Assembly (NCBI GenBank): GCA_051362555.1
Contig: CM120641.1
Location: 37,392,401 to 37,456,400, forward strand
Length of the DNA stretch: 64,000 nt
From: Lingula anatina
Taxonomy: Eukaryota; Animalia; Brachiopoda
Direction: 5' to 3'
Position numbers and translations under genes: made by a program
Shown here: piece by piece, positions 1 to 13,294 of the stretch
Numbering within the stretch: position 1 is the first letter of the stretch
Layout: each line of letters starts with the position of its first letter
The notes under the pieces: generated by a model
What the model was told of the DNA's origin: nothing
The model's database searches: none
The model's input: only the letters and a program-made list of their open reading frames with translations

Positions 1-600
1 GGTCTCTAGCATTAATGGTTCCCAAATTAGAGACAGTTTTCAGTTTCGGTATCTTATGGTCGCTACTCCCGTGAAAATGCACCGATTGACCCAAAATTCA
101 CGGAGATGAAAGATGACATGAAGGGTAACACTTTCCAATAACATTATTGGTTAAGTCTGTGTGGTGTCTGAATAACAGCGCAAAGAATTTTTTTTTCGTA
201 AAAAATTTCGTTTTTTTGAAAATTTTGGCCCGTTTGACCTTGAAATAAAGGTCAAATCCAAGGGCATATTTGAAATCTACACATATGACTTTTGGAAAGC
301 CGTCTGTAGAAATTTTTCCCATAATTCCTTCCATAGGGTAGATAATTAGCATTTAATTTTGCCATTTTTGGACAAGGGTGCATTGCAATGAGTGCCACAC
401 CTAGACCCCAAAACCGACAAAGCCCAAATTTTACGTGGAACGAGTTGAGATTATAGGTGACCTAAATCCAAGAGATGGGTACGGAGGCCCTTACCGTCTA
501 GGAAGAGAAGCGGTAACGTAACATGCTGGCAGAGCCGGCGGAATGATCCAGACGGGACTAAAACCATGTGTACCGCCAGCGCCTACGCTGGTGGTACAAT
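1..600. mobile_element. Dispersed non-autonomous repeat (TGACCTTGA-rich family), copy 1
   Basis: Shares ggtctctagc, gattgacccaaaat, ttgaccttgaaat..aggtcaaa and catgagtgccaca-type blocks with the copies at 1257-1600 and 6460-7030. Confidence 0.75.
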
Positions 601-779
601 TATTACAGAGTATAGCTATCTATGGAGGTCACGTGGTATGATGACGGGCACAGATTTTGGAATAATTGCTATTACTGCTGTTTTTGTGGCAAAATAGAAT
701 ATATTATATTGCTACGAGTTGTTTACAATCCATTTATTGTGAAATATAGATTTCATACGAAGAGTTGTTATCCCTTTAA
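600..779. mobile_element. Partial Kolobok-type MITE
   Basis: Closely similar to 26153-26336 (ttacagagtatagc.atctatggaggtca.gtggt ... tatccctttaa). Confidence 0.75.
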
Positions 780-1256
780 GGTCATTCAAGTTAAATGGAA
801 GCTATGAATGTATCTGTTTTAGTTGTGGGGAAATGGGGGCTAGAAAATGTTAAGTGCATTTTTTTAAAGTCAAATTTAAGGTCACATAAAATGCCCAATG
901 TATGATGTCCTATTCAAGTTTAGTATTAACTATAGGTGTAACTCTGTTTTGTAGACAGAAGGGCTAGAAAAATTTGCAAACTGCATTTCATGAAAAGAGT
1001 AGGTCAAATTCTAGAACTGATATTTAGTTGTCCAATGTATAAATAAAGTGAAATATTCCAAAAACTAGCAGAGATACAACCGTAGTTTCTATAATTAAAC
1101 TTAAATAGGAAAATGGCACAAATAAATTCTTCCAAAGAAAATTAAAATTTTTATTTTGAAAATTTCTCACAATGGAGCCTGGCAACAAAAAATAATGCAA
1201 CTTTTATACTGTATGAGAAAAAAAAACTGTTGCAATTGACAAACTGAGAAACAAAC

Positions 1257-1600
1257 AAGAGGTCTCTAGCTTTTACAGTTCCAGAATTTTCAGTTTTTAT
1301 TTAGATACCTAATGGCTTCCTTTTCCATGAGAACGCACCAATTGACCCCAAAATCAGGATGATGAAAGGAAACCCCAACTGTAACTTCTCACCAAAATAT
1401 TAAAGCTTATGGGCACAAACAAATTTTTCCACAAAGAAATTAAGTTTTTACAAATTTTTGGTCCATTGACCTTGAAATATAGGTTAAATCCAAGGTCATA
1501 TTCAAAATCTCTACATAGAACTTTCAGTCCAACTCCTAGAGTAACATTTCCCATAATTCCCTTAGTTTGGGAGATATTTAGCATTTAATTCTTAAAATGT
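1257..1600. mobile_element. Dispersed non-autonomous repeat, copy 2
   Basis: Colinear similarity to 1-360 (ggtctctagc ... attgacccc aaaatc ... ttgaccttgaaatataggt ... ttagcatttaatt). Confidence 0.75.
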
Positions 1601-1635
1601 GCAGGAAAAAAACCAGCATAACTTACACCCCATTT

Positions 1636-2182
1636 CCATAGATTTTTAGATCGATCTATCCCTGTGGGGAGTCTCACTAGATTACTGTCAGCTTGGCCAG
1701 CTTAAGCGTCTGTCCCGCCTACTAAAAGCTGTAAGGGGGTAATTAACTGTGGTGCCTGTTGGGCTGACTGCAATTTAGCGTCAACCCCCAGGGAATTAGG
1801 TCGATCTAAAACTTAAAGGGATAATAACTCTTCGTATGAGATCTATTTTTCACAATAAAAACATTGTGAATAACTCATAGAAATATAATATATTCTGTTT
1901 TACCACAAAAACGGCAGTTATAGCTATTATTCTGATATCTGAGCTTGTCTTTAGACCACGTGACCTCCATTGATGGCTATACTTTGTTAAAATCTCTTAA
2001 GAGATTTTAACAAAAAACCAAACTTTTTAGAAAAAAAACAGGGACTAACTTTGAATGTAAAAATGGATTCATTAACCCTTGGTAAGTATGGGAAAATTGT
2101 TGTTTACTCCAGGAAAATTCATTTTTTGGCCGAAACGAAGAGTTATTATCACTTTAATCTTTAGATCGATCTAAATCTCTGG
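1636..2182. mobile_element. Small TIR element hosting a nested Kolobok-type MITE
   Basis: Termini ccatagatttttagatcgatcta / tagatcgatctaaatctctgg are inverted repeats; interrupted at a TTAA by the element at 1813-2157. Confidence 0.65.
1813..2157. mobile_element. Kolobok-type MITE (TTAA TSD)
   Basis: TTAA-agggataataactc ... gagttattatcact-TTAA; reverse-complement copy at 25977-26336. Confidence 0.8.
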
Positions 2183-2465
2183 GAAAGCACCCTTACTCAA
2201 CCTCTATTTTGTCAATATTCATCAGTTCTGCAAGTTTGAAAACAAAAAGTCAACTAGTTTTTCACTAATTTGTATATTTATGACTTATTTACATGAGTCA
2301 TCACTTTAAATAACCTATTTTTTTGTCTGTACATAAATACAATTTGCACAACAAAAGCTTTAAAGCCACTGTTTACTTGACGTCTTTCACCAATTTACAT
2401 TTCGCATCTATGGACAATAAGAGGGATCCAACACACCAGTAACTTTATGTCCAGTGAATCAACAA

Positions 2466-5400
2466 TTAATATTTGACATATTCGTCATCATCACTGCCAA
2501 ATCCACCTCTTCTGTCAAAACTGTCAGAATCGACTTCATCAAAAAAGTTATCATCATGCCTTCTCCCGCCTCTCTGTCTGCCATAACTGCGAGAATCTAC
2601 ATCATCATCATACCTGCTCCCGCCTCTCTGTCTGCCAAAACTGCGAGAATCGACATCATCATCATCATCATACTTTCTCCCGCCTCTCTGTCTGCCAAAA
2701 CTGCGAGAACCGCCTTGATCAAAATAGTCATCACCAGACCTTCTGAATCCTCCCTCTCTGTTGCCGCCATAGGGTCTGTTATATCCACCCCTGCTCTCTC
2801 CTCTGAAGGAATCCCCCAAGCCTCCACGACTTTGGCCCACACTTCTGTAGCTCCAGCTTCCAAACCTATTCCTTTTCCGTGAGCCTCCTGCAGGGATGAT
2901 TGGTGGGCCTCTGGAAAAACAAGGTATCTTTCAAGTAAACTTTACTTCACTTATTGAGCAACTCAGAATACTTTTATTCTGATCATTTTAAGAGGAAAAG
3001 GTGGGGGGGGGGGGACGACATTCAGATTGGTTGTCCTACTTAATGACCATTATTTTTTTTTTTTTTGTACAGAAGACCTGGGAGTAAATATTTTATCAAT
3101 GTGTAATAGCTGCATCCTCTACTACTTATGCTAGAAATCCACTTAAATATCTAGATTTCTATAAAACTGACCATACTCAACTACTACTATTTCTCAATTT
3201 AACCCAAGTTTTTGTTGTACAGTTTCCTATATAGTATTATATGTATGCATGAGTACCTGAGGACAGCTTCCGACCTTAGCTTCAAATCACTGTCAGTGAT
3301 TTCTGGACACTCTATTTGCCTAATATCAACTTGTTGCCTTATCTGGAATCAAGGAGAAAGAAAAAAAAGTAGGCAATGACCTATAGGCTGTTTCATACAA
3401 AATGTTTTTGAAAAGCCCATGTCAAAAAATAAAAAAACAATTCAATAATTTCAGGTATATGAGCCAATAACAACTTTATGCTTTCAATCAAAGATTTTTG
3501 TCAAATCTACAACAAAGGGGGAAAAATAAAACTATTTCAAAAACTACTTTTTGAACAAATTACATTTTTACTGAATTGAGCAAGTAAGTAATAAGATTTT
3601 CCTCACCTCTCTGATTACATTACTTAGACTATTACTAAGACCTTCTCCAGGATGGATCAATATAGAGTAGCCTTGTCGCCCAGCGCGTCCCGTTCTACCA
3701 GATCTATGAATGTAGTAGTCCAATCCATTTGTTGGGGGGTCAACTAAACAATAATGATACAAATATATAATTACTTTTTTATACAAAGATGCATTTAAGA
3801 TGTTACTTGATGAGCCTTACTACAATTTCACTTGAAAACATACAAATACACAGATATGAAATGCATGCGAAGCAAGAATTGAAAGTTCAAAACCAATATG
3901 CTGAAGTAGTGAAGAGATACTCTAGCAGTGGGCTTGTATTTTCAAAGCCTAGATGCAAAGATGCAATATCAGAAATCTAGGACCATATCTGAAGACAGTA
4001 TTTAAAGATCTAATTTTCTCTTACCCTGAATCACCAAGTCCACCTCTGGAACATCCAAGCCTCTAGCTGCAACATCTGTTGCCTGGAATTTTGGAGAAAG
4101 AATTTGAAGGCAAGTGTGAACATGTCATTGGTAAGCATATAAGTTTCAGTTTGTAGCAGCCACTTCTTTTACCACATTCTTTTACCATGAAAATAACAAA
4201 CTGATAGACCTCAAATTTATACATTATAGTAAACAGAATCCGATTTTAAAAAGCCATTTTTAGAGAGCCCATGCTATCAAATTCTAATATCTGTTCAAAA
4301 GTTTCACTTTTGCAAGAAAAGAATGTTTATAATTCTCTAATAATCTAATTTGAAGTCAATTTAAAAATTTAATATGGCGGGGGGGGGGGGGGGGGGGGGG
4401 TCCAGGGGGCGCTAGATGGCTTGCTTGCTAAACCCTTTTTTTCTGCAGTCAATAAAGAGGACAATGTCATGCTAAATTAAAGATCATTTAAAGTGAAAAG
4501 GAGCCTGATGACAAATTAAATATCTCCAAATATGCCTTTAACAAGTTTTGGCAGTTTGAAACTTTGAAAAAAATTTCAAGCCTGTCTACCTACCACTAAG
4601 CTTTTTATTTTTCCCATCCTGAAACCCTTTAAAATTTGTTCTCTTGAATTTTGACTCAGATTGGAGTTTATGGCTTTGGCAGAATGTCCACCTCTGGAGA
4701 GAGCCATGGCAACCTCTTTGGTCTGCACTGTAATAGTGAATTCCAGATGTTAACAATAAAATTTATTAATAATAAAAAATTTAAAAAACTCACAGCTTAA
4801 AGTTACATATAAAGCAAGTGTGGATTCCCAGTAAAAATATATTAACCACTTGTACTGGTTTCTTATATGGCTAAAATAAAGTCCACGTACCGAATCATAT
4901 ACCAAATTAGTCTCATGTTCTGCCAAAAATGATACAGCTTAGGGATATTTATAGCACAGAAAGAAAGCAGAAAACATCCATTCATATATCACTTTTCTGG
5001 AAATATGAAACTATGCCCATTGGTATTTCTCTAAATTATAATATCTGAAACTAGATGGTGGCATTTGGCCAGGTTTTGTGGCAAAATTTTGACAATAAAT
5101 ACATCTTTAACATTTCAATAATTTATCTAAAATGAATTGTGTTGGGGCTTTATCAGTAAGGTGAATTGCACAAAAAAAAAAAAAATAATAATAATAATCG
5201 CTCCTCAAAGCATTGTGAGCACTACAGTGTGCCAAATGAGAGCAAGTCCAGAGAACAAGAGAGTCAAAGTCATTTCCTAGTAAGGATTTATTCAACAAGT
5301 AATGAACACACTCCAAAATGAACTTGGAACACTGACAAATGTACTCTGACTGAGAGGACAAAATGTAAGCAAATGAAGCATGTGCAGTGCAGCATTTTAC

Positions 5401-8400
5401 TAAAGATGTAGGTGATGGCTTTATGTACAGAATATTTCTATTCAGATACACTAATAAAGCACCTTTATCTCTTCAAAAGTGTCTTCACATACACACACAC
5501 ACTCTACTCATCCAGCAAAGGCACATAATATTTAAGAAGTGTTGCAGATGAGGATATCTACATACCTTTGGTTGCTAAAAAGACAATACACCTATTGTGG
5601 CAATATTCTCTGATACAAGCACTCACTGCTGCAAGCATTTTCTCTCTCGGCATGAGTAATTCCTAAATTTTTAAGATGTCAAATATATAGATCAAAGGAT
5701 GTGCTTAGTTAAAATAACAAACAAAATACACATTTTACTTATTATTCATTATAAACATGTTATAACTACTGCATATATGTACATAACAACAATAACTGAA
5801 AGTGTTATTCATATTTAACAACAGTCCATTTTTTACAGTGGAGAAAGGAATTCCTCAATTTAGCAAAGGTCTATTGATGCATCACTCACATACTTACACA
5901 ATGCTGGACATGCTTCATGTTTTTCTCCTGTGCATCTGCAATGTCCACATACTCAACATCTGTTATATATCTATAAAAGAAAATGAACATAAAAAATTCA
6001 CCTGTCCATCACACAAACTACACATTTCAACTAGAGGTTCAGAGAGACAATTATTGAAGGTCTGGAAGTTCTGCAAAGTGTATCACCTGGTGAAAGGGTC
6101 AAATTCAAGGTCATGTCTCGCTATGCACGATTTCCTGTTCAAAGTCTGGATGTATCTCTTCTTGTTTCAGAGCCATAAGGGCTATAGATTTTGCAAAGTA
6201 CATTTCATGATGGAGAGTGGACCGATGGTCAATTTAAGGTCACATTAAAATCCCAATAGATATTTTCCAATTCAAGTTTAACATAAACTATCTCTGCAAG
6301 ATTTGGAGATACTTCACATTTGATTTTGAAAATTATTCATCATTATGCATTTTGACATGGTACTTGTTGAAATAACGCAATTCCTTGATCTTATATAAAA
6401 CAAGTAAAAAAGGAGACCATCTCTAGGATTGCACTTGCTGAACTCTTCACAATGCAACAAACAGGGGGTCTCAGCTTTTAAGGTGCAAGAATAAGTTTTC
6501 AGTTTTAGCATCTAATGATTGCTATTTCTGTGTAAATTCACAGATTGACCCCAAAATCACAAAGCTGAAAAGAGCCCCAAGTTTAAGTTCTCACCACGAT
6601 GTAAAAGCACAGATCAATGAAGTTTCTGAAAATCAACAAAAATTAATTTTTCTTTTCAAAAAATTTAGTTTTTCACAAAATTTTGCTCCATTTGACCTTG
6701 AAATATAGGTCAAAACTCAAATATAAGGTCAGTTTTGAAGAAACCACAAATGACTTTCTTTGAAGCTTATGCAGTTATTTCCCCCATATTTTCTTGTTTG
6801 GAAAATATTTTACATATTCAAATTTTTTAACAGGGCACATTGCCATGAGTGCCACAGCTATGCAAATGGACTGACAGAGCCAAAATTCTTGGGGATTCAA
6901 GTAGATATAATTTCCTCAGGATGAGGGCACATATCCTAGTAGTCTGAGATGTGGTAACAGTGACTACTATCCACCAAAATGCAGCAAAGCTGGCTGAGTG
7001 TCAAACGAGACAGGACAGGAGAAAAGAGAAAATATTCTAAGCGATCACAATGGTCATACATATATTACATACTCAACAAATAAATTAGAATATTTCTGAA
7101 TAAAAAGAGAAAAAAAATCTCCCCCCAAAAAATAGAGAACTTTTTCACTACTCACTCATTAGCTACTTGTCTCACAGACCGTGGCATGGTGGCACTAAAG
7201 ACCAATGATTGACTTTGTTTCTTGGCAAGTTGCAAGACACTCTCTATGTCATCCTGCAACATGAAAGAAAAATGTTACATTCAAATATCTATAGTGTGTG
7301 GCAAGGAACTGAAAATATGATAAATAGAAATGCCATAAAAAACTGCACATCATTAGGGATGTCAGAAAAGAGAATTCCTCTTCCCTGGTCTTGCAAGGTA
7401 AAAAGTACCCCCCCCCCTTCTGAAAGATGAGCTAAGGGTAAGGGTTATTCTGTAAATTGACAATAAACATTTACTTTGATCTAAAAAAATCTCACTTGTC
7501 TTTTTGAATAAATAAATAAATAACACTGTAAACGTCAATTTGAACAGTAATGTGCAAAAAAAAATATAGAAATATACCGACTCTCAGAATATAGCACTGC
7601 TGTGGTGATAAAGTAAAAAAAAAACATACAATACAAACAGAATAATTTGATTATATAATATAAACTACTGTTTGTACCATTTACATGAAATACACGGAGT
7701 CATACAAATATCATTACCCTAAATTGTGGATTCAACAAATGGTCACCTTCATCCAGACATAAAAGCTTCATTTCTGACAAATTCTGAAAATAAGGAACCA
7801 TATTGTTTGACACTTTTCAAATACCAGACAAACTTTATTGGCATCATTCAAATGAATTACTATATCCGCAACCTTTATATTTAAATGAATAATCAATTGA
7901 ATTCAACCTTGCAAGATACAGTGGTGAATACTTCATATTTAACCAAATTCACTGCCTTTTGAGAAGACATTGGTACAAAAGCATACACCAGGTGTGGATT
8001 GAAATAAACAGATATAAATGTACTAAAATTTTCTCTCTCTTAAATTTTTCTTTAATTGTTTTCAAGGATGCACTTGATCTTTGCTTCATAAAATTAACAG
8101 ATACTTGCACTTGTCTGAATGTAATAATCAATTTTGCTTTTTATAAATCATGCTTGGCAGGTTACATAAGGCCTCTTGGGGGACATTTTCCCCTACGTTA
8201 TATAATAATGAACTCTTAAATATCCTTATGTCAGACACAACAGACAATTTTGAAGTCTGAAACTATAAACAATATTTAACTCTGTACAGGTCCCTGAAAA
8301 AGCTAAAACAAAGAGAGGATGAGACTTACGCAATTACTACGATTTATGAGGTCCATGAGTCTACCTGGGGTTGCTAAGACAACATCTACCCCTGCTCTGA

Positions 8401-11400
8401 GTTTATCCATCTGTACAGAAATACTATTTCCACCATACACAGGCACACAGCGCACCTTTGGATTTAACTCCATGATACACCTTGGAAAAGACAATTATGA
8501 AACAAGAATTAATGCAATACACATTACTCTGAAATGAACTTTGAAGGATGAACAAGTTTAACCTCAGTACTATTTAGATATCCAAACTGACGTGATACCC
8601 CCCCAAAAAAAATAAAAATATGTCAATCAGATATGCGAGCACTTAAAATCAGCATCATAAGATCTGGAGAGTTAAATGTATTTCATCAAGTTCTAGTAAA
8701 AAAATTCTTTTCAAACATGACCCAATAGTCTACAACCAGAAATTTGATTGGTGTTCCTCTTCATACCTGTAGTTTTGTAGACACAATTCTCTTGTTGGGG
8801 CAATCACAACTGCCAATGGGTGACATGGTTTCCTCCTGAATCCTCTTTCCAGCCTTCCACTATGTAAACAGCAGATAAACGTATTAAATTCAACAAAAAT
8901 AATAAAATGAACCATTGTTACCAATCCCCATGATTATCAAATTACAAAAACCTACAAAGCTTATCTTAAACTGAAGTACTTAAAGCCAGTTACAGCATAT
9001 ATTACTACAGGAAAAATACACATACACATCTCATTTACTTTCAAAGGGCACCTTTTCCCATCTTTTCCTTAAATGACAACTAATAACTAATAACAGCTAC
9101 AAATTGTATTACCTTCTCATTATCAGCTCTATAATTGGTATGCCAAATGCCAAGGTTTTCCCACTGCCTGTGGCTGCTTTGCCAATTACATTTCTTCAAG
9201 AACAAACGTGCATACTTAGTATCATATGAATGTGATTTTGACTATCATATCTTGTGAAAGCATCATCTTTGAAGGGGTTGAGATTGCAAAAAAAATTTTC
9301 TTCCAGGAATTGCAATCAAGTTGTGTAACCAGGGCTTTGGCACATCATATGAGTGAAGCCCCATCTCAATGTCACATCAAAACCATTAAAACTTTGATAA
9401 AAGATCTCAAAAAATGGAAAATAGTACTTATTATGCTTTATTAGGTTAGATGAAAGCTTAGTTCATATTAAATAAGCTCAATTTTTTCAACTTAATAGAC
9501 AATCTACAGTTTCATCATGTGTGGTTTTTCTCTTTTACAGTTTTGTTTTCACAAAACAAATGTAATTTTCATGGCAAACATGCATTTCATCTTTCTTTTT
9601 ATGAATGATTTCACAAACATGGGAAGAAATTTCACCCAACTTACTTTCCTTCTAAGAGGGGTTTCAAAGTCTTGGACTGAATTTCAAATGGTGCAGAATA
9701 GCCAAGGTCTTCCAAAGTTTCAATCAGTTCTTCATCTATGTCATAATTTGACCATTTATCATGTCTGAAAGGAAACATGGAAATTGCATTTTTAATTAAT
9801 CCTATCAATTATGATGATGTCGGTGATTATTATTATCATGTATCTTTTTTTTTTTTTTTTTTTTTTTTTTTTGGGGGGGGGGGCACATTTTGACTTAAAC
9901 TGACAAAGACTATTTAGCAGTATCTTACTGGTCTTCTTCCTTATATGCTCTCTGGTCTCGCCTGAGTTTATCAACTTCAGTTTCATCAATGTCAGCAAAC
10001 TCTTCCCCATCTTCATCCAGATATGGCCTGCCCTGCCCATAGACACTCAGTACACTTGACCTGCTTATTAAACGCCTCTGTATGGATGTGACAAGAAGCT
10101 CTGAAACACAAATATTGTATTATTGGAGTTTCAAAAATATTTTGCACAGGCTGCAGGATGATCTTTTAGATATTCTATTTTTTATCAAAATACTCAAAAT
10201 GCTGGAAATCAGAGATCACATTTTTTTTCAAGGCTCATGTCAGCATAGTATATTTTTGACAAAGGTTTTAAGATAAATTTCTTTGGCAAGATTAATCTGA
10301 ATATATCTGCAGACTATTTGGGAGACAAGATAATCAGTGGGAGAGTACAAGAATGTTGGATAGCCGATCAGGTGGTGCTCAATTTTAAGCTGAATCTTCT
10401 ACACTGGGTCTTACAACTATTTCCTTTTTTCAATGGCTTTCTGCCTGCCATTATTTTGTGACAAAATGTCTGGGCTTTTCAACAGTGTGGGCCTTATAAA
10501 AGTAATTACGGGAAAAAATTGACAATTGCTGAATCAAAGGCCAAAGGTGCAATTTAACATCATAGGGTGGACTGCTATTTTGTTATATTCTACTTCTGTA
10601 AGATTTACCCCATTCCTTTGCAGACAAACAAATCTGTTGTAAAACATAACCCATAGCCATTATTATGAAAATCTTTCAACAACTGGCCTATAATTTTTTA
10701 TCAAAACCTGCCCCCCACCCCCATACCTAACCTCTTTAGCTAGACACCTTAAAAATAAAATCAATGGCCCGTATTCCAAGATGTTCCTTTAGATAGTCCT
10801 AAGGTCAACTTTTAGGCTTCCTTTGATGAGGTGTTCCTTGGTAAAGGAAGGCCTAACGAAATGGTATTCTAAGACCACACTTTAGCCTCTCCTTTGATAA
10901 GGAATTACTTTGACAAAAGTCAGCCTTTAGGCAAGGGACACTGACATAAAGGAGCTCCTCAGTGGTTAGAGTAGGCCTTTAAGACACCCTCCTTGTTAAA
11001 AATGCCTCAGTAATGTTGTATAATATTGGGGTCAACTGATCAATTTCAGTCATGCAACAGCACATATGGACATTATCACTGCATGTGGATGTTTTGATCC
11101 AAGCCAAATTTTGTGAATAGAGTTTTCCGGGACTTTACCGAAACGTGAAGAGAGTAGCGCATTACTGGATACATTTGCACATACGTAACAATCTAGCCAT
11201 CGTATCCCAACTGCACTGGAAACTCTCTAAAGCAAGTATGCCAAGAAGAGAAAAGAATGGTTTGGAAGATGAGAAAACCAAAATCGTAGACCTTTTTCTG
11301 ATAACGAAAAGCAGCTACTGATGCAATCAGTCAACAGAGAAAAGCCTATCCTTGATCAAATGTATTACTTCCGCCAAGGAGGTTGTTTTCACCCCTGTTT

Positions 11401-12723
11401 GTTTGTCTGTCTTTTTGTTACCTCCACCAAGGAGGTTATGTTTTCATCCCTGTTTGTTTGTCTGTCTGTCTGTCTGTTTGTTTATCATCAACATAACTCA
11501 AAAAGTTATGGGCAGATTTTTATGAAATTTACAGGGTAGGTAAGAAACAGGTTACCTTAGAAGTGGTTAGTTTTTGGTGGTGAGCAAGATCAATGATCAA
11601 TCAATAATCAAAAATAACTCAAAAAGTTATGGGCCAATTGTGATGAAATTTTCAGGAACTGTCACAAGTGGGCCAAGGAACAGATTATAAGTTTTTGGTG
11701 GTGATCCAGATCAATAATCAATCAAAAAACTAATCATTATAGAATGAAAATTGGGTGGAGACTTTGCTGCCTTGGTGGAGTGCTTTTCTACTTAAATCTA
11801 ATGATTTTGAATTTAGATAGGCATGTTGGTTTACATAGTCCTCCATGGAGCTGATTTTCACAAGCGAACTATACATGATGGCTGCTTAAGGAAGACTAAA
11901 AGTTACTCAAGACCAACTTTACATTGTAATGAATCCTCAGCCAAAAATAAAGGAAATTTTTAAGCAAAGGCAGATTCTAGAAATGACCGATCCCTTTGTT
12001 AAGGATGATTGTTAAGTGATTCCTTTCAAGTAAGGTAAAGAAAGGTCTTGGAATACAAATTTCGTATAAGGTCGACTTTTAAGTCTCCCTTAACGCTAAA
12101 GGGAGATTCTGGATACGGGCCAATGTCTGCTTGTAAGACCAGACTTCACGAATGGAGATTTCATTGTTTCATTATATACATATATTTAACTGCATGGAAT
12201 TCTACCTGGGACTACAAAAGGTTGAAGGGTGAAACTGTCTCATGCAAGATATACTGATATTTGGTGAGGGGTCATTTGGACGTTGGTGGAGTAAGTGTTC
12301 TTGCTTCCGAAGCCCAATATAGATCATAAGTGTATGGCGACAATAAAAATCCCCCCTTTGTTCATACTTTTGCGCCACAATTAACTAGGGTCCAAAATAT
12401 AGTTGATGTGGTTTATAGAAAAATCAACTGGTTAAGGTGACAGGCGAGCAAAACTGGGTCCACTTACCACTTACATTGGCGAGACCTTTCACTAAAACAA
12501 ACGTGGGTCTTCATAGGCGCACGTGCTCATTTACTAACGGGGCGCACGCACATTTATACTACGGAGGTGACTGAATAATAAGGTATTTGATGCTCGGAAA
12601 CTTAAAAAACTTACTTGTATTTTGTTGTAAGAGACGCGGCACATGCCTCTGTGGCACAGTAACACATACTGACAAAAAACCACGAGCTTGACTTATGAAA
12701 CGTGCTCTCAGCGTGGCCGACAT
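2466..12723 (-). CDS. DEAD-box RNA helicase, DDX21/DDX50-like, with predicted mitochondrial presequence (15 coding exons)
   Basis: GT-AG exons with consistent phases: 12615-12723, 9929-10100, 9645-9764 (Q motif GYSAPFEIQ), 9113-9193 (motif I AATGSGKT), 8767-8859 (Ia PTRELC), 8330-8480 (YGG, ATPGRL), 7718-7783 (II DEGD), 7156-7253 (III SAT), 5898-5970, 5566-5662 (IV CIVF), 4594-4727, 4025-4082 ([20 protein letters not shown]), 3607-3743 ([13 protein letters not shown]), 3257-3342, 2466-2910 (RGG/acidic tail, stop). Confidence 0.93.
2525..2715 (-). repeat. Coding tandem repeat (~54-60 nt x3) in helicase C-tail, encoding SRS(F/Y)GRQRGG units with Asp-rich spacers
   Basis: cccgcctctctgtctgcca(a/t)aactgcgagaa occurs three times, separated by (cat)n-type runs. 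Confidence 0.9.
6049..7030. mobile_element. Dispersed non-autonomous repeat, copy 3, in a helicase intron
   Basis: Same blocks (gggtctcagc, agattgaccccaaaatcac, tttgaccttgaaatataggtcaaa, catgagtgccaca) as 1-600. Confidence 0.7.
10766..12121. mobile_element. Non-autonomous Harbinger/PIF element with Myb/SANT remnant, in helicase intron 1
   Basis: TIRs ggcccgtattccaaga / ttctggatacgggcc with AAT on both flanks (3-bp TSD); internal + strand remnant [23 protein letters not shown] (~11285-11353) resembles the Myb-like protein carried by Harbingers. Confidence 0.75.
11363..11792 (+). mobile_element. Helentron-associated (HINE/DINE-1-like) element nested in the Harbinger
   Basis: 5' tattac.tccgccaaggagg (duplicated at ~11415), (gtct/gttt)n microsatellite, repeated ataactcaaaaagttatggg, 3' ccttggtggag complementary to the 5' subterminal repeat. 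Confidence 0.75.
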
Positions 12724-13294
12724 CTTGTTTTTCCATGAAGAGGGACACGTTCTAGAAGTTTGTATTTGACATACGGATTAATTGCGGTGGTTATGGGAAA
12801 GAAAATTTGAAACATCGTACACATCTTGGTGTGTTCAAAGATGATGACAATGACAGACAAGAAAATAACTCCATAAATTATATGAAATTTCCCTGTCAAT
12901 TTTTAAAATAAAGGGATATACGTAATGTAAGTGGTTCGTCATGCATTTTGACCTTGACCTCTTGCATCGCCTGTGTCAGTGTCCGCCTGTGTCCCTCCTG
13001 AAACAAAGGATGAATGAGACAGAGTGTGTGTAAGTATGCATTGGATATTGTACACAGATATCATTTGGGAAGGGGCCTTAAAGATCAAACTTAAATGGTT
13101 TTAATTATATACTTTTCAGCTATAAAATTCTACAGAGATTATATTTTTATGTACAGTACAGACATCGTGTAGTTTCTGTTTTCGACCCGAGTGTAGTGTT
13201 ACATTGTGTGACACTCAAATTACACTAGATGATTTAATAGTATTATTTCATAATCTGGGTGTTTAAGTTATGTGAAAATATTGTTGAATTTCAG

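Noticed and set aside
2454-2882. 142-aa + strand ORF (PASLSA repeats) and 88-aa alternative-frame ORF
   Set aside because: Shadow frames of the repetitive helicase C-tail exon.
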